NCBI GenBank assembly: GCA_950097015.1
Contig: CATNEN010000039.1
Coordinates: forward strand, 20,646,001 to 20,710,000
Direction of reading: 5' to 3'
DNA length: 64,000 nucleotides
Origin: Macrostomum hystrix
Taxonomy: Eukaryota; Animalia; Platyhelminthes
Shown here: positions 1 to 21,500 of the stretch, piece by piece
Layout: each line of letters starts with the position of its first letter
Position numbering within the stretch: position 1 is the stretch's first letter
Program-made: the position numbers and the translations under genes
Notes under the pieces: model-generated
What the model saw: the letters and a program-made list of their open reading frames with translations, nothing else
The model's database searches: none
Told to the model about the DNA's origin: nothing

Positions 1-32
1 GTCCCTGTACAAATTCTCACCTGTCTTTGCAG

Positions 33-8239
<8,207 letters not shown>

Positions 8240-8814
8240 ATATGAATTTGTGAGATCAAAATCCGTCGGAACTGCCACGAAAACCAGTGCTTTTTAAATC
8301 CACATTTTGATGATAATTTTTAGAAGAATATTTTCAGATAATTTTTTCCCAGTTTTGATTCGTTTTTTCTTAATCCTAAGTATCATGTTTTTTGAAAAAT
8401 ATGCTTGATGCAGCTGTCAATCAGATGGTAAAACGCATAGTTTAGTCTTAAAATGGGCATTTTCGAAACAAACATAATAGAACTTTCATAGTCATTACTT
8501 CTAGCTCGTAGTATAACTTAAAAATAGTTTAGACTAGTTCATCTCAAGTTGTTGCCATCCAGTTTAGTCGACCAGCCGTTACTGATTGCATAATATCTAA
8601 TAAATTATTCTGATAAACGATTCGGTTATTGACATTAAAAATAATATTTTATCCATCTCGAAACTAAAGCATGATCTGTTTTCAAAAATCGTAACAGTAA
8701 AATATAAATTATTGATTAAATTTTGCCTAATCTTTGTTTTCTGTCGTCGTTGTTAAGCTCATTAACTGATTGCTTGGATTTTGGCTTTAGTATTTTTGTT
8801 TTGAGATTAGGCTC

Positions 8815-9060
8815 TCCACTGTCTACCCGACTGTCTACCCCACTTTCTAACCAACTGTCTACCCCACTCTCTACCCCACTGTCTACCCACTTTCTACCCC
8901 ACTTTCTAACCAACTGTCTACCCCACTGTCTACCCCCACTGTCTACCCAACTGTCTACCCCACTGTCAACCAAACTGTCTAGCCCACTTTCTAACCAACT
9001 ATCTACCCCACTGTCTACCCCACTATCTACCCCACTGTCTACTCCCCTGACTACTATTTT
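8815..9060. repeat. 12-bp minisatellite (CCACTGTCTACC)
   Basis: Tandem array between two convergent genes. Confidence 0.9.
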
Positions 9061-9311
9061 TCTATCTATATGTCTACTCAACTGTCCACTTTTATCTACT
9101 TTCTTTCTAATCCAATGTCTTCTAGAAAATGAGTAAAAAGTATAACAATTGGCCTAAGATCATTGTGGCCAAAACTCGCATTTCCGGGGACAAAAAATCT
9201 AATTGTTATTGAGAATCAGATATCAGATTCAGGCTGCATTAATAAGCTGGAATGGTTACAATTGAAATACTACTCAAGTATCATAAATTTGTTGTTCACA
9301 GTCAGCTGAAC

Positions 9312-11807
9312 TCAATCGCCTAAGTAAGCGTCCAACAGCTGCAGCAACTCGGGGCCGTTGGCAATGGCGTGCCGCTCGAACTCTTTCGCGTCAATCTGTT
9401 TGTTGCCGTCCTGGGCAAACGTGGAATATAACATTTTTATTTACCTTTTTTGAGTATCTTTGTTTAAAAGTTTTTCTGATTAATAAATAAAATTACCGAA
9501 TCTATCTGGTCGAACAGTCGATCAATGTCCCTGCTAGAGACCTGCCGACTGTCCCGACTGCCCAATAGGTGCGCCCGGCTGCCTGCCAGATCGTGATAGT
9601 AGCGCCTTAGTTCGCCTAGATCGATGGACCCGCTGGTGTCCCTGTCCATTATGTCGAATACGACTGCGTACGAACGAGGGGGATTCTGGAGAAACCCTAG
9701 ACAATTCATGTTGGACAGGAAAATCATGTGCAAATATTAAACCAATCCCCCAGGAAATCCTAGATAATCCCAAAGGGAATCTTTTGGGGAATCCTAAGTG
9801 AATCCCAAGCGAAATTCTAGGAAATTCCTCCGGAAATCCTTGGAAATTCATCAGGTAATCCTTAGTAAGTCGTAGGATAAATCCTAGAAAATGCCCAGAG
9901 AAACCATAATAAATCCCAAGGGAAATCCTAGGAAATCCCTAGAGAAATCCTTAGTAAATCCCAAGGTTAAGTCTCAGTAAAATCCTCATAGAAGTTAATA
10001 AAAATTCTCAACGAATGAAAATTCTGGGTTATACTCATAAAAGTTCTTAATTAGTGGAAATGAGACTGAAACCTTTCAGTGGGGTAGACAGTGGGGTAGT
10101 CACCTTTGGAAAATGCGGGCAATAAATGAGAAACTGTTCGCAGATTCTCAGGAAAATTTATAGTACCTAAGGTAAATCCTCGGGCACTCTTCTCGAAAAA
10201 AATGTAGAAGAATTATGACTTAGAGAAATTCCTAAGAAAATCCTAAAATATATATGGCAAATATGGCATTTTTAGGAAGTCTCAAGATCCTTCAGAAAAA
10301 CCGGTCACATTCATTACTCTGAACTCCAAGCAGCTGGATGCTTACTCTGCACTTTAACTGCCACAGGAAACCGAATTAGCAGGAGGAAGTAGCGAATAAA
10401 CTCGGCGGCACACAGCTCTCCGTCTGCGTTGGTGTCCAGCACTTCGAACACCGTGCTAATTAGGCCCTCCGAGTAGTGAGTCATGTTCATCATGGTTAGG
10501 AAGTCTTTGAAGTCCTGCTCAAATGAAAGTACGAAATGCTATAGTTTTAGGCACTCATTAATTAATTGTCACCCCTGCCCTATTGTTTGTCACTCCTGTT
10601 TAACGGCTTTTCATTGCAGTCTCATTGTTTCTCACTTCATTCTGATTGTTTGTCACTCCAGTTACACTGTTTGTCACTCCAGTCTCATTGTTTGTCACTC
10701 CGGTCTCATTGTTTGTCACTACAGTCTCATTGTTTGTCACTCCACTCCAGTCTCATTGGTTGTCACTCCAGTCTCATTCTTGGTCTCTCCAGTCTCATTG
10801 GTTGTCACTCCGGTCTCATTGTTTGTCACTCCAGTTACACTGTTTGTCACTCCAGTCTCATTGTTTGTCACTCCGGTCTCATTGTTTGTCACTCCAGTTA
10901 CACTGTTTGTCACTCCAGTCTCATTGGTTGTCACTCCGGTCTCATTGTTTGTCACTACAGTCTCATTGTTTGTCACTCCACTCCAGTCTCATTGGTTGTC
11001 ACTCCAGTCTCATTCTTGGTCTCTCGAGTCTCATTGGTTGTCACTCCAGTCTCATTGTTGGTCTCTCCAGTCTCATTGTTTGTCACTCCAGTCTCATTGT
11101 TGGTCTCTCCAGTCTCATTGGTTGTCACTCCAGTCTCATTGGTTGTCACTCCAGTCTCATTGTTGGTCTCTCCAGTCTCATTGTTTGTCACTCCTGTTTA
11201 ACGGCTTTTCATTTCAGTCTCATTGTTTGTCACTCCAGTCAGATTGTTTATCACTCCAGTCTCATTGGTTGTCACTCCAGTCTCATTGTTGGTCACTCCA
11301 GTCTCATTGTTTATCACTCCAGTCTCATTGTTTATCACTCCAGTCTCATTGTTTATCACTCCAGTCTCATTGTTTCTCACTCTAGTATGATTTCTTGTCA
11401 CTCCAGTCTCATCTTTGTCACTCCGGTCAAATTGTTTGGCACTCCAGTCAAATTGTTTGTCACTCCAGTCCGAAACATTCGCTACCCCATTTTTGTGCCA
11501 AACTGTAGATTAAACCATGAAGCAATGAGCAGCTGCAAACTCACATTTCTACTCATTGTCTTCCGATTGAATCGGCAAAACTTGCTAAAAGTATTGACAA
11601 TGTAATCCTTGTCTTCTGCATTGACTGCAATGAGATGCGAATAAAAAACGCGGGAACGTATTAGCATCAGATGTGCAAGAAAAATCTACTCGTATAATCA
11701 TGCAGCTCCCTTACTACCGGAATTCAGTATAGCATAAACTCACTGGAAAACTTCGTCACCAAATTGTTAATCTCCTCTCTCTGCTGCTTTCCCAACTGTG
11801 AGCCCAT
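9312..11807 (-). CDS. EF-hand calcium sensor, 192 aa (neuronal calcium sensor / calcineurin-B-like), probably N-myristoylated
   Basis: Exons 11807-11744, 11624-11545, 10514-10346, 9663-9497, 9410-9312 join in frame (579 nt). Starts MGSQLGK. EF loops DTNADGELCAAE, DRDTSGSIDLGE and DSDGNKQIDAKE; the first EF hand is degenerate, as in the NCS family. Confidence 0.88.
10580..11470. repeat. 21-bp minisatellite (TGTCACTCCAGTCTCATTGTT)
   Basis: Intronic tandem array. Confidence 0.95.
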
Positions 11808-12126
11808 AATTATGTAGACGATCGGAGAACTGCAGTGTTCGGTGTCGACTTCAGAATTGGTCTCACAGTGAAGTGGGTGTGACATTTGTGACAGCTGTGC
11901 AAATTAAACATTCATTTTATACTGTGGTTTAGTCAAGCGGAGGAGAGACAGAAAACGCTCAACAGCGCATTGTTCAACAGAGAGTGTAAATGAAGTACAG
12001 CTTACGTACGTCGTCCATGTACAGTGCCTACCCTTACTATCTGTACTCTCTCTATCCAATTCTGTCTTTTCCTTCTTTCATTTTCTGCCTAAGCAATCTG
12101 GTTTGCTTGCAGTGAAGTTGCATTAA

Positions 12127-12728
12127 CAGTAGAACTACCAAGGGGGGGATCCCCCCTGACAATTTTTTTGCTCCACCCGAACGGAACAATGCAAGCACAC
12201 GAAACTCAAGAACACGGGCCAACTTTTTGTTGCGCATCTTCTGAAATAAGAAACAAGACGCCAGCTCTTCAGACCGTCGAGATATTCAATGTTTCTGGCC
12301 GAAGGTCCGATTTTTCCTATAAGAGCTAGTGTATTTCATACACCCCTATACACGAATTAGCACTGCGCCTCAGTGCGGCCTTTCCAGGCCTTCAAACTTT
12401 ATCAGCATGTCACCCGAATGTGCCTGCATCATCTCCGACTTCGGCGGTCACCGACCTTTATTTAGATCTATCTCTCTTATCTATCTAGACCTTTAAGAGC
12501 TACAACAGGTGGAATTAGGCCACTATGGACACCCTGACGCGAATTTCTCCAATTTCACTGTTCAAGCCTAACTATTAGGCGCAGCTCAACCACAGGACAC
12601 CCTCGACTAGTCTGTCAACCAATCAGTCACCCCAAAGCATTCAGTCGCTGGCAAAAACATTTTCAGGGGGGGGGAAATTCCCACCCTTGGTATAAAAACG
12701 GGCAGCAAAATGGATTGGTAGTATACTG
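12127..12728 (+). mobile_element. TTAA-flanked MITE C, copy 2 (best-preserved ends)
   Basis: TTAA(12123-26)|CAGTAGAACTACCAA ... TTGGTAGTATACTG|TTAA(12729-32); imperfect ~15-bp TIRs. Confidence 0.85.
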
Positions 12729-12825
12729 TTAAATTAGTGTGGTTATACTGTTGTACGTGCCTGTACATCTGACCCGAATGTAGGCAGTCACTAGTAATCA
12801 GTATCAGATCAAATAGTTGAATAGT

Positions 12826-15434
12826 TCAGTGGTTGGATTGATGAGCTATCCAAGACATGTAGGTGTTCCACAGCAGAGCCACACAGTTAGCTAGCATCAG
12901 CCTGTTAAAATGTTTGAAATACGCAATAGGTTTGTACGCTTTTGATTTTTATCAGGTTGCTTGTTTTCGTCAAAATTGCAAAAAAATTGGTTAGCAATAT
13001 TTTCTAGCCAATAAGCAATTCTTTATGCCAGCCAATCAAAAAACTAGAATATAGACTATTTAATCATAGCTAATCGCGGAATCGCATATTGACTATCAAG
13101 TTCCAGATAATTATTAATAAGCTGATCAAGATAAGTTGAAGTCAGCCTATCACAGAATCGCTAGACTATTCCATGCCTGCCAATCAGAAAATAGCAAGAC
13201 CATTCCACGCCAGCCAGTAAGAGAATAGCAAGACCATTCCACGCCAGCCAATCAGAGAACAGCAAGACTATTCCATGTCAGCCAATCAGAGAACAGCAAG
13301 ACTGTTCCATGCCAGCTAATCAGAAAATAGCAAGGCTATTCCACGCCAGCCAATCAGAAAATAGCAAGGCTATTCCACGCCAGCCAATCAGAGAATACAG
13401 GATGACAAGGCAAATCAGCACTAACCGAAGATGAACTGGCACGAACAGAAAGTTGACAGTCTGTACAGCTGGCCAAACTTTGTAGTTGTTAATTAGCACC
13501 TCGGGAAACAGGCGCAGCTGCTGTTTAACCTTGGCAGTATCGGCCGTATTCAGGTAGGTAACTACAGTCAGGTAAGAACCAATCACACATGGAGCCATCA
13601 CCAGCTGATCGGCTGATACCATTTTTAGCAGAGCAAACGACCGGCCTTGAAATCTGACAGCTAGAAATTTGTACCATTGGTTGAGCCAAGGACCCTGTGT
13701 GCAGTCAGAGATAGGACAATCAGAATTTCATGGCCAATACTTTAGCTTTTGGATAGCAAAACAAAGAACTCACATAGAGACAGCAGCCGAGGCCAAATAG
13801 TCGAGCAGTTCGATTCAAATTGAAATTTGACGGCTTAGAAGTATCGCGGCGCTCGACCGACTGAGCAAGAAGATCTCCGGCTCCCATCAGAATTCCTAAT
13901 TTATGTATACGAATAAATGGCTGCGCTAGATAATAACAATCTACTCACAAGTAGGCTGTTGAGCATTAGTAAGTTAAAATAATATAAATAGCATGAAAAT
14001 CTAGCAAAACTAAATTAAATGAACAGTACAGCTTGAAAATGCAGGCAGTTTTAGCGAAAGGCCTGTAAACATGCTGACTATTAACCCATTTATCAGCTCG
14101 AGTGATCTAAGTTAAAAACAGTTAAAATAACTTTTAACACCGACATTAACGCCATCGTTTACTATAAATCCTCCAGGTCATTTTGCCATCATCCAGCTGT
14201 CATCATCCAGCTCACTCTGCCATCATCCAGCTCATTCTGTCATCATCCAGCTCACTCAATCATCATCCAGATCACTCTGTCATCATCCAGATCACTCTGT
14301 CATCATCCAGCTCACTCTATCATCATCCAGCTCATTCTGTCATCATCCAGCTCACTCTGCCATCATCCAGCTCATTCTGTCATCATCCAGCTCACTCAAT
14401 CATCATCCAGATCACTCTGTCATCATCCAGCTCACTCTGCCATCATCCAGCTCATTCTGTCATCATCCAGCTCACTCAATCATCATCCAGATCACTCTGT
14501 CATCATCCAGATCACTCTGTCATCATCCAGCTCATTCTGTCATCATCCAGCTCACTCTGCCATCATCCAGCTCATTCTGTCATCATCCAGCTCACTCAAT
14601 CATCATCCAGCTCACTCTGCCATCATCCAGCTCATTCTGTCATCATCCAGCTCACTCAATCATCATCCAGATCACTCTGTCATCATCCAGATCACTCTGT
14701 CATCATCCAGCTCATTCTGTCATCATCCAGCTCACTCTGCCATCATCCAGCTCATTCTGTCATCATCCAGCTCACTCAATCATCATCCAGCTCACTCTGT
14801 CATCATCCAGCTCACTCTGCCATCATCCAGCTCATTCTGTCATCATCCAGCTCACTCTGTCATCATCCAGATCACTCTGTCATCATCCAGATCACTCTGT
14901 CATCATCCAGCTCACTCTGCCATCATCCAGCTCATTCTGTCATCATCCAGCTCACTCAATCATCATCCAGATCACTCTGTCATCATCCAGCTCACTCTGC
15001 CATCATCCAGCTCATTCTGTCATCATCCAGCTCACTCTGTCATCATCCAGATCACTCTGTCATCATCCAGATCACTCTATCATCATCCAGCTCACTCAGT
15101 CATCATCCAGCTCACTCTGTCATCATCCAGATCACTCTGTCATCATCCAGATCACTCTATCATCATCCAGCTCATTCTGTCATCATCCAGCTCATTCTGT
15201 CACCATCCAGCTCACTCTGCCATAATCCAGCTCACTCTGTCATTGTCCAGATCACTCAGTCATCATCCAGATCACTCTGTCATCATCCAGCTCACTCTGT
15301 CACCATCCAGCTCACTCTGTCACCATCCAGCTCACTCTGAACCACTCACCAGTGGACACAGCCGGTGCCAATAAGGGCCGGCTAAGCAGCAGACTATTAT
15401 AGCCAGTCCAAGCTCGCTTTAATAAGCTAGACAT
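12826..15434 (-). CDS. MPV17: Mpv17/PMP22 family mitochondrial inner-membrane protein, 183 aa
   Basis: Exons 15434-15350, 13895-13774, 13694-13426, 12901-12826 join in frame. Motifs LMGAGDLLAQ, GPWLNQWYKFL, DQLVMAP, NYKVWPAVQTVNFLFVPVHLR, VALLWNTYMSW. Confidence 0.93.
13140..13400. repeat. 34-bp minisatellite (GCCAGCCAATCAGAGAATAGCAAGACTATTCCAC)
   Basis: Degenerate array in MPV17 intron 3. Confidence 0.85.
14185..15340. repeat. 20-bp minisatellite (CATCATCCAGCTCACTCTGT)
   Basis: MPV17 intron 1; starts about 10 nt from the donor site. Confidence 0.97.
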
Positions 15435-15627
15435 TTGTTTGCTGCAAGAATTAAAAGCGACAGCGCATTGTTACTAAAGTAAGTATATTGAATAGGACAA
15501 TGGGTTCATATTTCACTAAAAGCTTAAACACTGCCAAAAAATAAGCAATAATATTATTTGGCCTTGTTGTACTAGTCTGTAAGCTGATCTGTTTACACGG
15601 TGGACTATTCATAATACAAACACATAC

Positions 15628-16420
15628 TCCCCAACTGAAATGACACTCCTCTGATCCCCAACTGAAATGACAGTCCTCTGATCCCCAAACTGAAAGGACA
15701 CTCCTCTGATCCCCAAACTGAAATGACAGTCCTCTGATCCCCAAACTGAAAGGACACTCCTCTGATCCCCATAGCAAAATGCCACTCCCCTGATCCCCCA
15801 ACTGAAATGACACTCCTCTGATCCCCCAACTGAAATGACAGTCCTCTGATCCCCCAACTGAAATGACAGTCCTCTGATCCCCTAACTGAAATGACAGTCC
15901 TCTGATCCCCAAACTGAAAGGACACTCCTCTGATCCCCAAACTGAAATGACAGTCCTCTGATCCCCAAACTGAAAGGACACTCCTCTGATCCCCATAGCA
16001 AAATGACACTCCTCTGATCCCCAACAAAATGACACTCCTCTGATCCCCAACAAAATGACACTCCTCTGATCCCCTAACAAAATGACACTCCTCTGAACCC
16101 CAAAACAAAATGACACTCCTCTGATCCCCTAAACAAAATGACACTTCTCTGAACCCCAAAACAAAATGACACTTCTCTGATCCCCAACAAAATGACACTT
16201 CTCTGATCCCCAACAAAATGACACTTCTCTGATCCCCAACAAAATGACACTTCTCTGATTCCCAACAAAATGACACTCCTCTGATCCCCAACAAAATGAC
16301 ACTCCTCTGATCCCCATATCAAAATGACACTCCTCTGATCCCCATATCAAAATGACACTCCTCTGATCCCCATATCAAAATGACACTCCTCTGATCCCCA
16401 TAGCAAAATGACACTCCCCT
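15628..16420. repeat. ~24-27-bp minisatellite (AAATGACACTCCTCTGATCCCCAA...)
   Basis: Tandem array upstream of the MPV17 ATG. Confidence 0.95.
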
Positions 16421-17007
16421 TATACCTGAACTGAAAGTAAAAATGACAAAAGAAAGATTTAAACACATTTAAAAAACAAACCAGCTCGGCCTCTCATGCA
16501 GCCCGTTTGTTATTGACCAGAGTTTTTATTCATGTCGACCAGTGAGATATTGAGACATGAGCAGCTACAAAACTGTGTGCATTTTTTCGGCCAAACTTTT
16601 CTAGCTAGCTTTAGAAGTTTAGACAGTTCATTTTTACATGGCACAGAAATGATTTATTACAATGAGATACAGTTTAAAACACAAATTTTAGGCCAACTAA
16701 TAAAATCTAAGCCAATGTGACCGATTGGTTCAGGGAAACTTAAAATAAGCACAGAAACTTATTTGATACTTGAGTAAAAATTAGGATAACTAGATGCAAG
16801 AAAAAAATACAATTTTAGTACAAAATAGCTAAAAGTTTTACCACAAAACCGAAACTAACTTCAAACTAAATTTTCACAGCAACGAAATATTTTTTTTGTT
16901 TTTTATATCTAGTCTTCAAAAATACACAAAGAAGAGATGGGACTAGACAGAAATGACAATTGAACACAAAGAAATGGCACTTCAAAAAATAGTATAAGTC
17001 TAAAGAA

Positions 17008-18163
17008 TCTGAGGTGTCAGATTAGCTAATCCTGATGGATCTGAGGTGTCAGATTAGCTAATCCTGATGGATTAGAGGTGTCAGATTAGCTAATCCTGAT
17101 GGATCAGAGGTGTCAGATTAGCTAATCCTGATGGATTAGAGGTGTCAGATTAGCTAATCCTGATGCATCTGAGGTGTCAGATTAGCTGATCCTGATGGAT
17201 CAGATGTGTCAGATTAGCTAATCCTGATGGATCTGAGGTGTCAGATTAGCTAATCCTGATGGATCTGAGGTGTCAGATTAGCTGATCCTGATGCATATGA
17301 GGTGTCAGATTAGCTAATCCTAATGGATCAGAGGTGTCAGATTAGCTAATCCTAATGGATCAGAGGTGTCAGATTAGCTAATCCTGATGGATCTGAGGTG
17401 TCAGATTAGCTGATCCTGATGCATATGAGGTGTCAGATTAGCTAATCCTGATGCATCTGAGGTGTCAGATTAGCTGATCCTGATGCATATGAGGTGTCAG
17501 ATTAGCTAATCCTGATGCATCTGAGGTGTCAGATTAGCTGATCCTGATGCATCTGAGGTGTCAGATTAGCTGATCCTGATGCATCTGAGGTGTCAGATTA
17601 GCTAATCCTGATGCATCTGAGGTGTCAGATTAGCTGATCCTGATGCATCTGAGGTGTCAGATTAGCTAATCCTGATGCATATGAGGTGTCAGATTAGCTG
17701 ATCCTGATGCATCTGAGGTGTCAGATTAGCTAATCCTGATGCATATGAGGTGTCAGATTAGCTAATCATGATGGATCAGAGGTGTCAGATTAGCTAATCC
17801 TGATGCATCTGAGGTGTCAGATTAGCTAATCCTGATGCATATGAGGTGTCAGATTAGCTAATCCTGATGGATCAGAGGTGTCAGATTAGCTAATCCTGAT
17901 GGATCAGAGGTGTCAGATTAGCTAATCCTGATGCATATGAGGTGTCAGATTAGCTAATCCTGATGCATCTGAGGTGTCAGATTAGCTAATCCTGATGGAT
18001 CAGAGGTGTCAGATTAGCTAATCCTGATGCATATGAGGTGTCAGATTAGCTAATCCTGATGCATATGAGGTGTCAGATTAGCTAATCCTGATGCATATGA
18101 GGTGTCAGATTAGCTAATCCTGATGCATATGAGGTGTCAGATTAGCTAATCCTGATGCATCTG
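17008..18163. repeat. 32-bp palindrome-containing minisatellite (GAGGTGTCAGATTAGCTAATCCTGATGCATCT)
   Basis: Tandem array downstream of the Bcl-2 family stop codon. Confidence 0.97.
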
Positions 18164-18536
18164 ACACAATCATGACAGTAACATAAGCACGAAGCACAAA
18201 TGGTTTGTAAAAATGTTGACAAAGACAATGACGCTGTATTTGGAATTAAGTTTTCCTTATAATTAAACTATAAAATAAATTAATAAAAGAGAAAAAGCGA
18301 AAAATGACTGCAACAAATGAATTAAAAAACGCAGTATAAAAAGGGTTCAAACATTATAGCTAATGACATTTTTTAAACAAACGAGTTTAAACTCGTAGCA
18401 TCATTCGTTTCCTGCACTTTTTCAAATCCAACTCTAGAAAATGTATGAGAATCGATTTGGCAAGGAAAGCTACTAGTTTAAACTGATTGATCCAATTTGA
18501 ATCTGCATTGTTTCTTGGCGTAATTTATTTCAAATT

Positions 18537-21500
18537 TCATGTTCGACTAGCTAGCCAAGTAGTAAGGCCGAGGACGAATAGTGTGGCGGCGCAGGCTACG
18601 GGCACCAAGCGGCGAAGCAACCCGCCGATCTCGTCGTCCTCATGAAGTCGCTCGCGTGTGCTGTCAGTGTCACAGAACTTCACCAGGCCAACCTGACAGA
18701 GGGCGAACATTTTGATGCGTTGATTGGTAACAATGTATGAAAGTTCGGAAGCGATAAACAACAAGACTGATGGATCTGAAGCGATAAACAACAAGACTGA
18801 TGGATCTGAAGCGATAAACAACAAGACTGATGGACCTGAAGAGATAAACAACAAGACTGAAGGATCTCAGGTGTTTTAGTGACAAGACTGATGGATCTCA
18901 GGTGTTTTAGTGACAAGACTGATGGATCTCAGGTGTTTTAGTGACAAGACTGATGGATCTCAGGTGTTTTAGTGACAAGACTGATGGATCTCAGGTGTTT
19001 TAGTGACAAAACTGAAGGATCTCAGGTGTTTTAGAGACAAGACGGAGGGATCTGAAGGTGACAGCTGATCAACATGAGGGATCTGAAGGTGACAGCTGAT
19101 CAACATGAAGGATCTGAAGGTGACTGCTGATCAGCATGAAGGATCTGAAGGTGACAGCTGATCAACATGAAGGATCTGAAGGTGACAGCTGATCAGCATG
19201 AAGGATCTGAAGGTGACAGCTGATCAGCATGAAGGATCTGAAGGTGACAGCTGATCAGCATGAAGGACCTGAAGGTGACAGCTGATCAGCATGAAGGATC
19301 TGAAGGTGACAGCTGATCAGCATGAAGGATCTGAAGGTGACAGCTGATCAGCATGAAGGATCTGAAGGTGACAGCTGATCAGCATTAAGGATCTGAAGGT
19401 GACAGCTGATCAACATGAAGGATCTGAAGGTGACAGCTGATCAACATGAAGGATCTGAAGGTGACAGCTGATCAGCATGAAGGATCTGAAGGTGACAGCT
19501 GATCAGCATGAAGGATCTGAAGGTGACAGCTGATCAGCATGAAGGATCTGAAGGTGACAGCTGATCAGCATGAAGGATCTGAAGGTGACAGCTGATCAGC
19601 ATGAAGGATCTGAAGGTGACAGCTGATCAGCATGAAGGACCTGAAGGTGACAGCTGATCAGCATGAAGGATCTGAAGGTGACAGCTGATCAGCATGAAGG
19701 ATCTGAAGGTGACAGCTGATCAGCATGAAGGATCTGAAGGTGACAGCTGATCAGCATGAAGGATCTGAAGGTGACAGCTGATCAGCATGAAGGATCTGAA
19801 GGTGACAGCTGATCAGCATGAAGGACCTGAAGGTGACAGCTGATCAGCATGAAGGATCTGAAGGTGACAGCTGATCAGCATGAAGGATCTGAAGGTGACA
19901 GCTGATCAGCATGAAGGATCTGAAGGTGACAGCTGATCAGCATGAAGGATCTGAAGGTGAGAGCTGATCAGCATGAAGGATCTGAAGGTGACAGCTGATC
20001 AGCATGAAGGATCTGAAGGTGAGAGCTGATCAGCATGAAGGATCTGAAGGTGACAGCTGATCAGCATGAAGGATCTGAAGGTGAGAGCTGATCAGCATGA
20101 AGGATCTGAGTAAAAAAGCAAGGATTTAATAAATAACTTTTTAATTTAGACAAACTACGACTGTTTTCGATACAGAGGTCAGCAAGTGTCAGAGGGCAGG
20201 GGCAGTCCAAAACACGGGGCGAGAAAAACAAGTTCTCACACGAGTTCAGTTGATAAGAAATAAGTTAAAAATTCAGAAAAATGTTAATGTTTAAAACTAA
20301 GAAACACGTCATAGATTTGGACTTAAAATAACAAAACAGTCGAGAAAAAAACTGGCAGTAATTAGCTTAGGTTCAAAACGGCATTGCGCCATTGGAATGC
20401 ATAGAAATGGGCCTATTTAATTAGCTAGCTAATTTGCATGCTATAACTAGTTTATTAGAGTTTGTTATAAAGTGTAACTAAACTAATATAAACGCATTGC
20501 CCTACACAGAAAACAGCTACAGGACTGTGTTGCAAATAAAATCACGTGGTACAACAAAGTACGCCTGTTCTAAAAGTTATATAGTGCAATGTATTCATGA
20601 GAATGCCTAAGGCGTGTTGGGTATAAAGAGGTATAATGATCTGTATCATCTTCCCGTCTCTCACCTCTACACTGTCTCATATTTCCCGATTTCGCATCTC
20701 TCCCGCGTCTTATCTTTCACTTGTCTAATCTCTCCCCGATTAGACTCTCTCTCTCTACTTTGTCTCGTCTCTACTTTGTCTCATCTCTACTTTGTCTCGT
20801 CTCTACTTTGTCTCATCTCTACTTTGTCTCGTCTCTACTTTGTCTCATCTCTACTTTGTCTCGTCTCTACTTTGTCTCATCTCTACTTTGTCTCGTCTCT
20901 ACTTTGTCTCATCTCTACTTTGTCTCGTCTCTACTTTGTCTCATCTCTACTTTGTCTCGTCTCTACTTTGTCTCATCTCTACTTTGTCTCATCTCTACTT
21001 TGTCTCATCTCTACTTTGTCTCGTCTCTACTTTGTCTCATCTCTACTTTGTCTCGTCTCTACTTTGTCTCATCTCTACTTTGTCTCGTCTCTACTTTGTC
21101 TCATCTCTACTTTGTCTCATCTCTACTTTGTCTCATCTCTACTTTGTCTCGTCTCTACTTTGTCTCATCTCTACTTTGTCTCGTCTCTACTTTGTCTCAT
21201 CTCTACTTTGTCTCGTCTCTACTTTGTCTCGTCTCTACTTTGTCTCGTCTCTACTTTGTCTCATCTCTACTTTGTCTCGCCTCTACTTTGTCTCGTCTCT
21301 ACTTTGTCTCATCTCTACTTTGTCTCGCCTCTACTTTGTCTCGTCTCTACTTTGTCTCATCTCTACTTTGTCTCGTCTCTACTTTGTCTCGTCTCTACTT
21401 TGTCTCATCTCTACTTTGTCTCGTCTCTACTTTGTCTCGTCTCTACTTTGTCTCATCTCTACTTTGTCTCGTCTCTACTTTGTCTCATCTCTACTTTGTC

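Noticed and set aside
17008-20108. 30-32-bp partly palindromic repeats resembling CRISPR arrays
   Set aside because: The units are contiguous with no unique spacers, there are no cas genes, and the context is eukaryotic.
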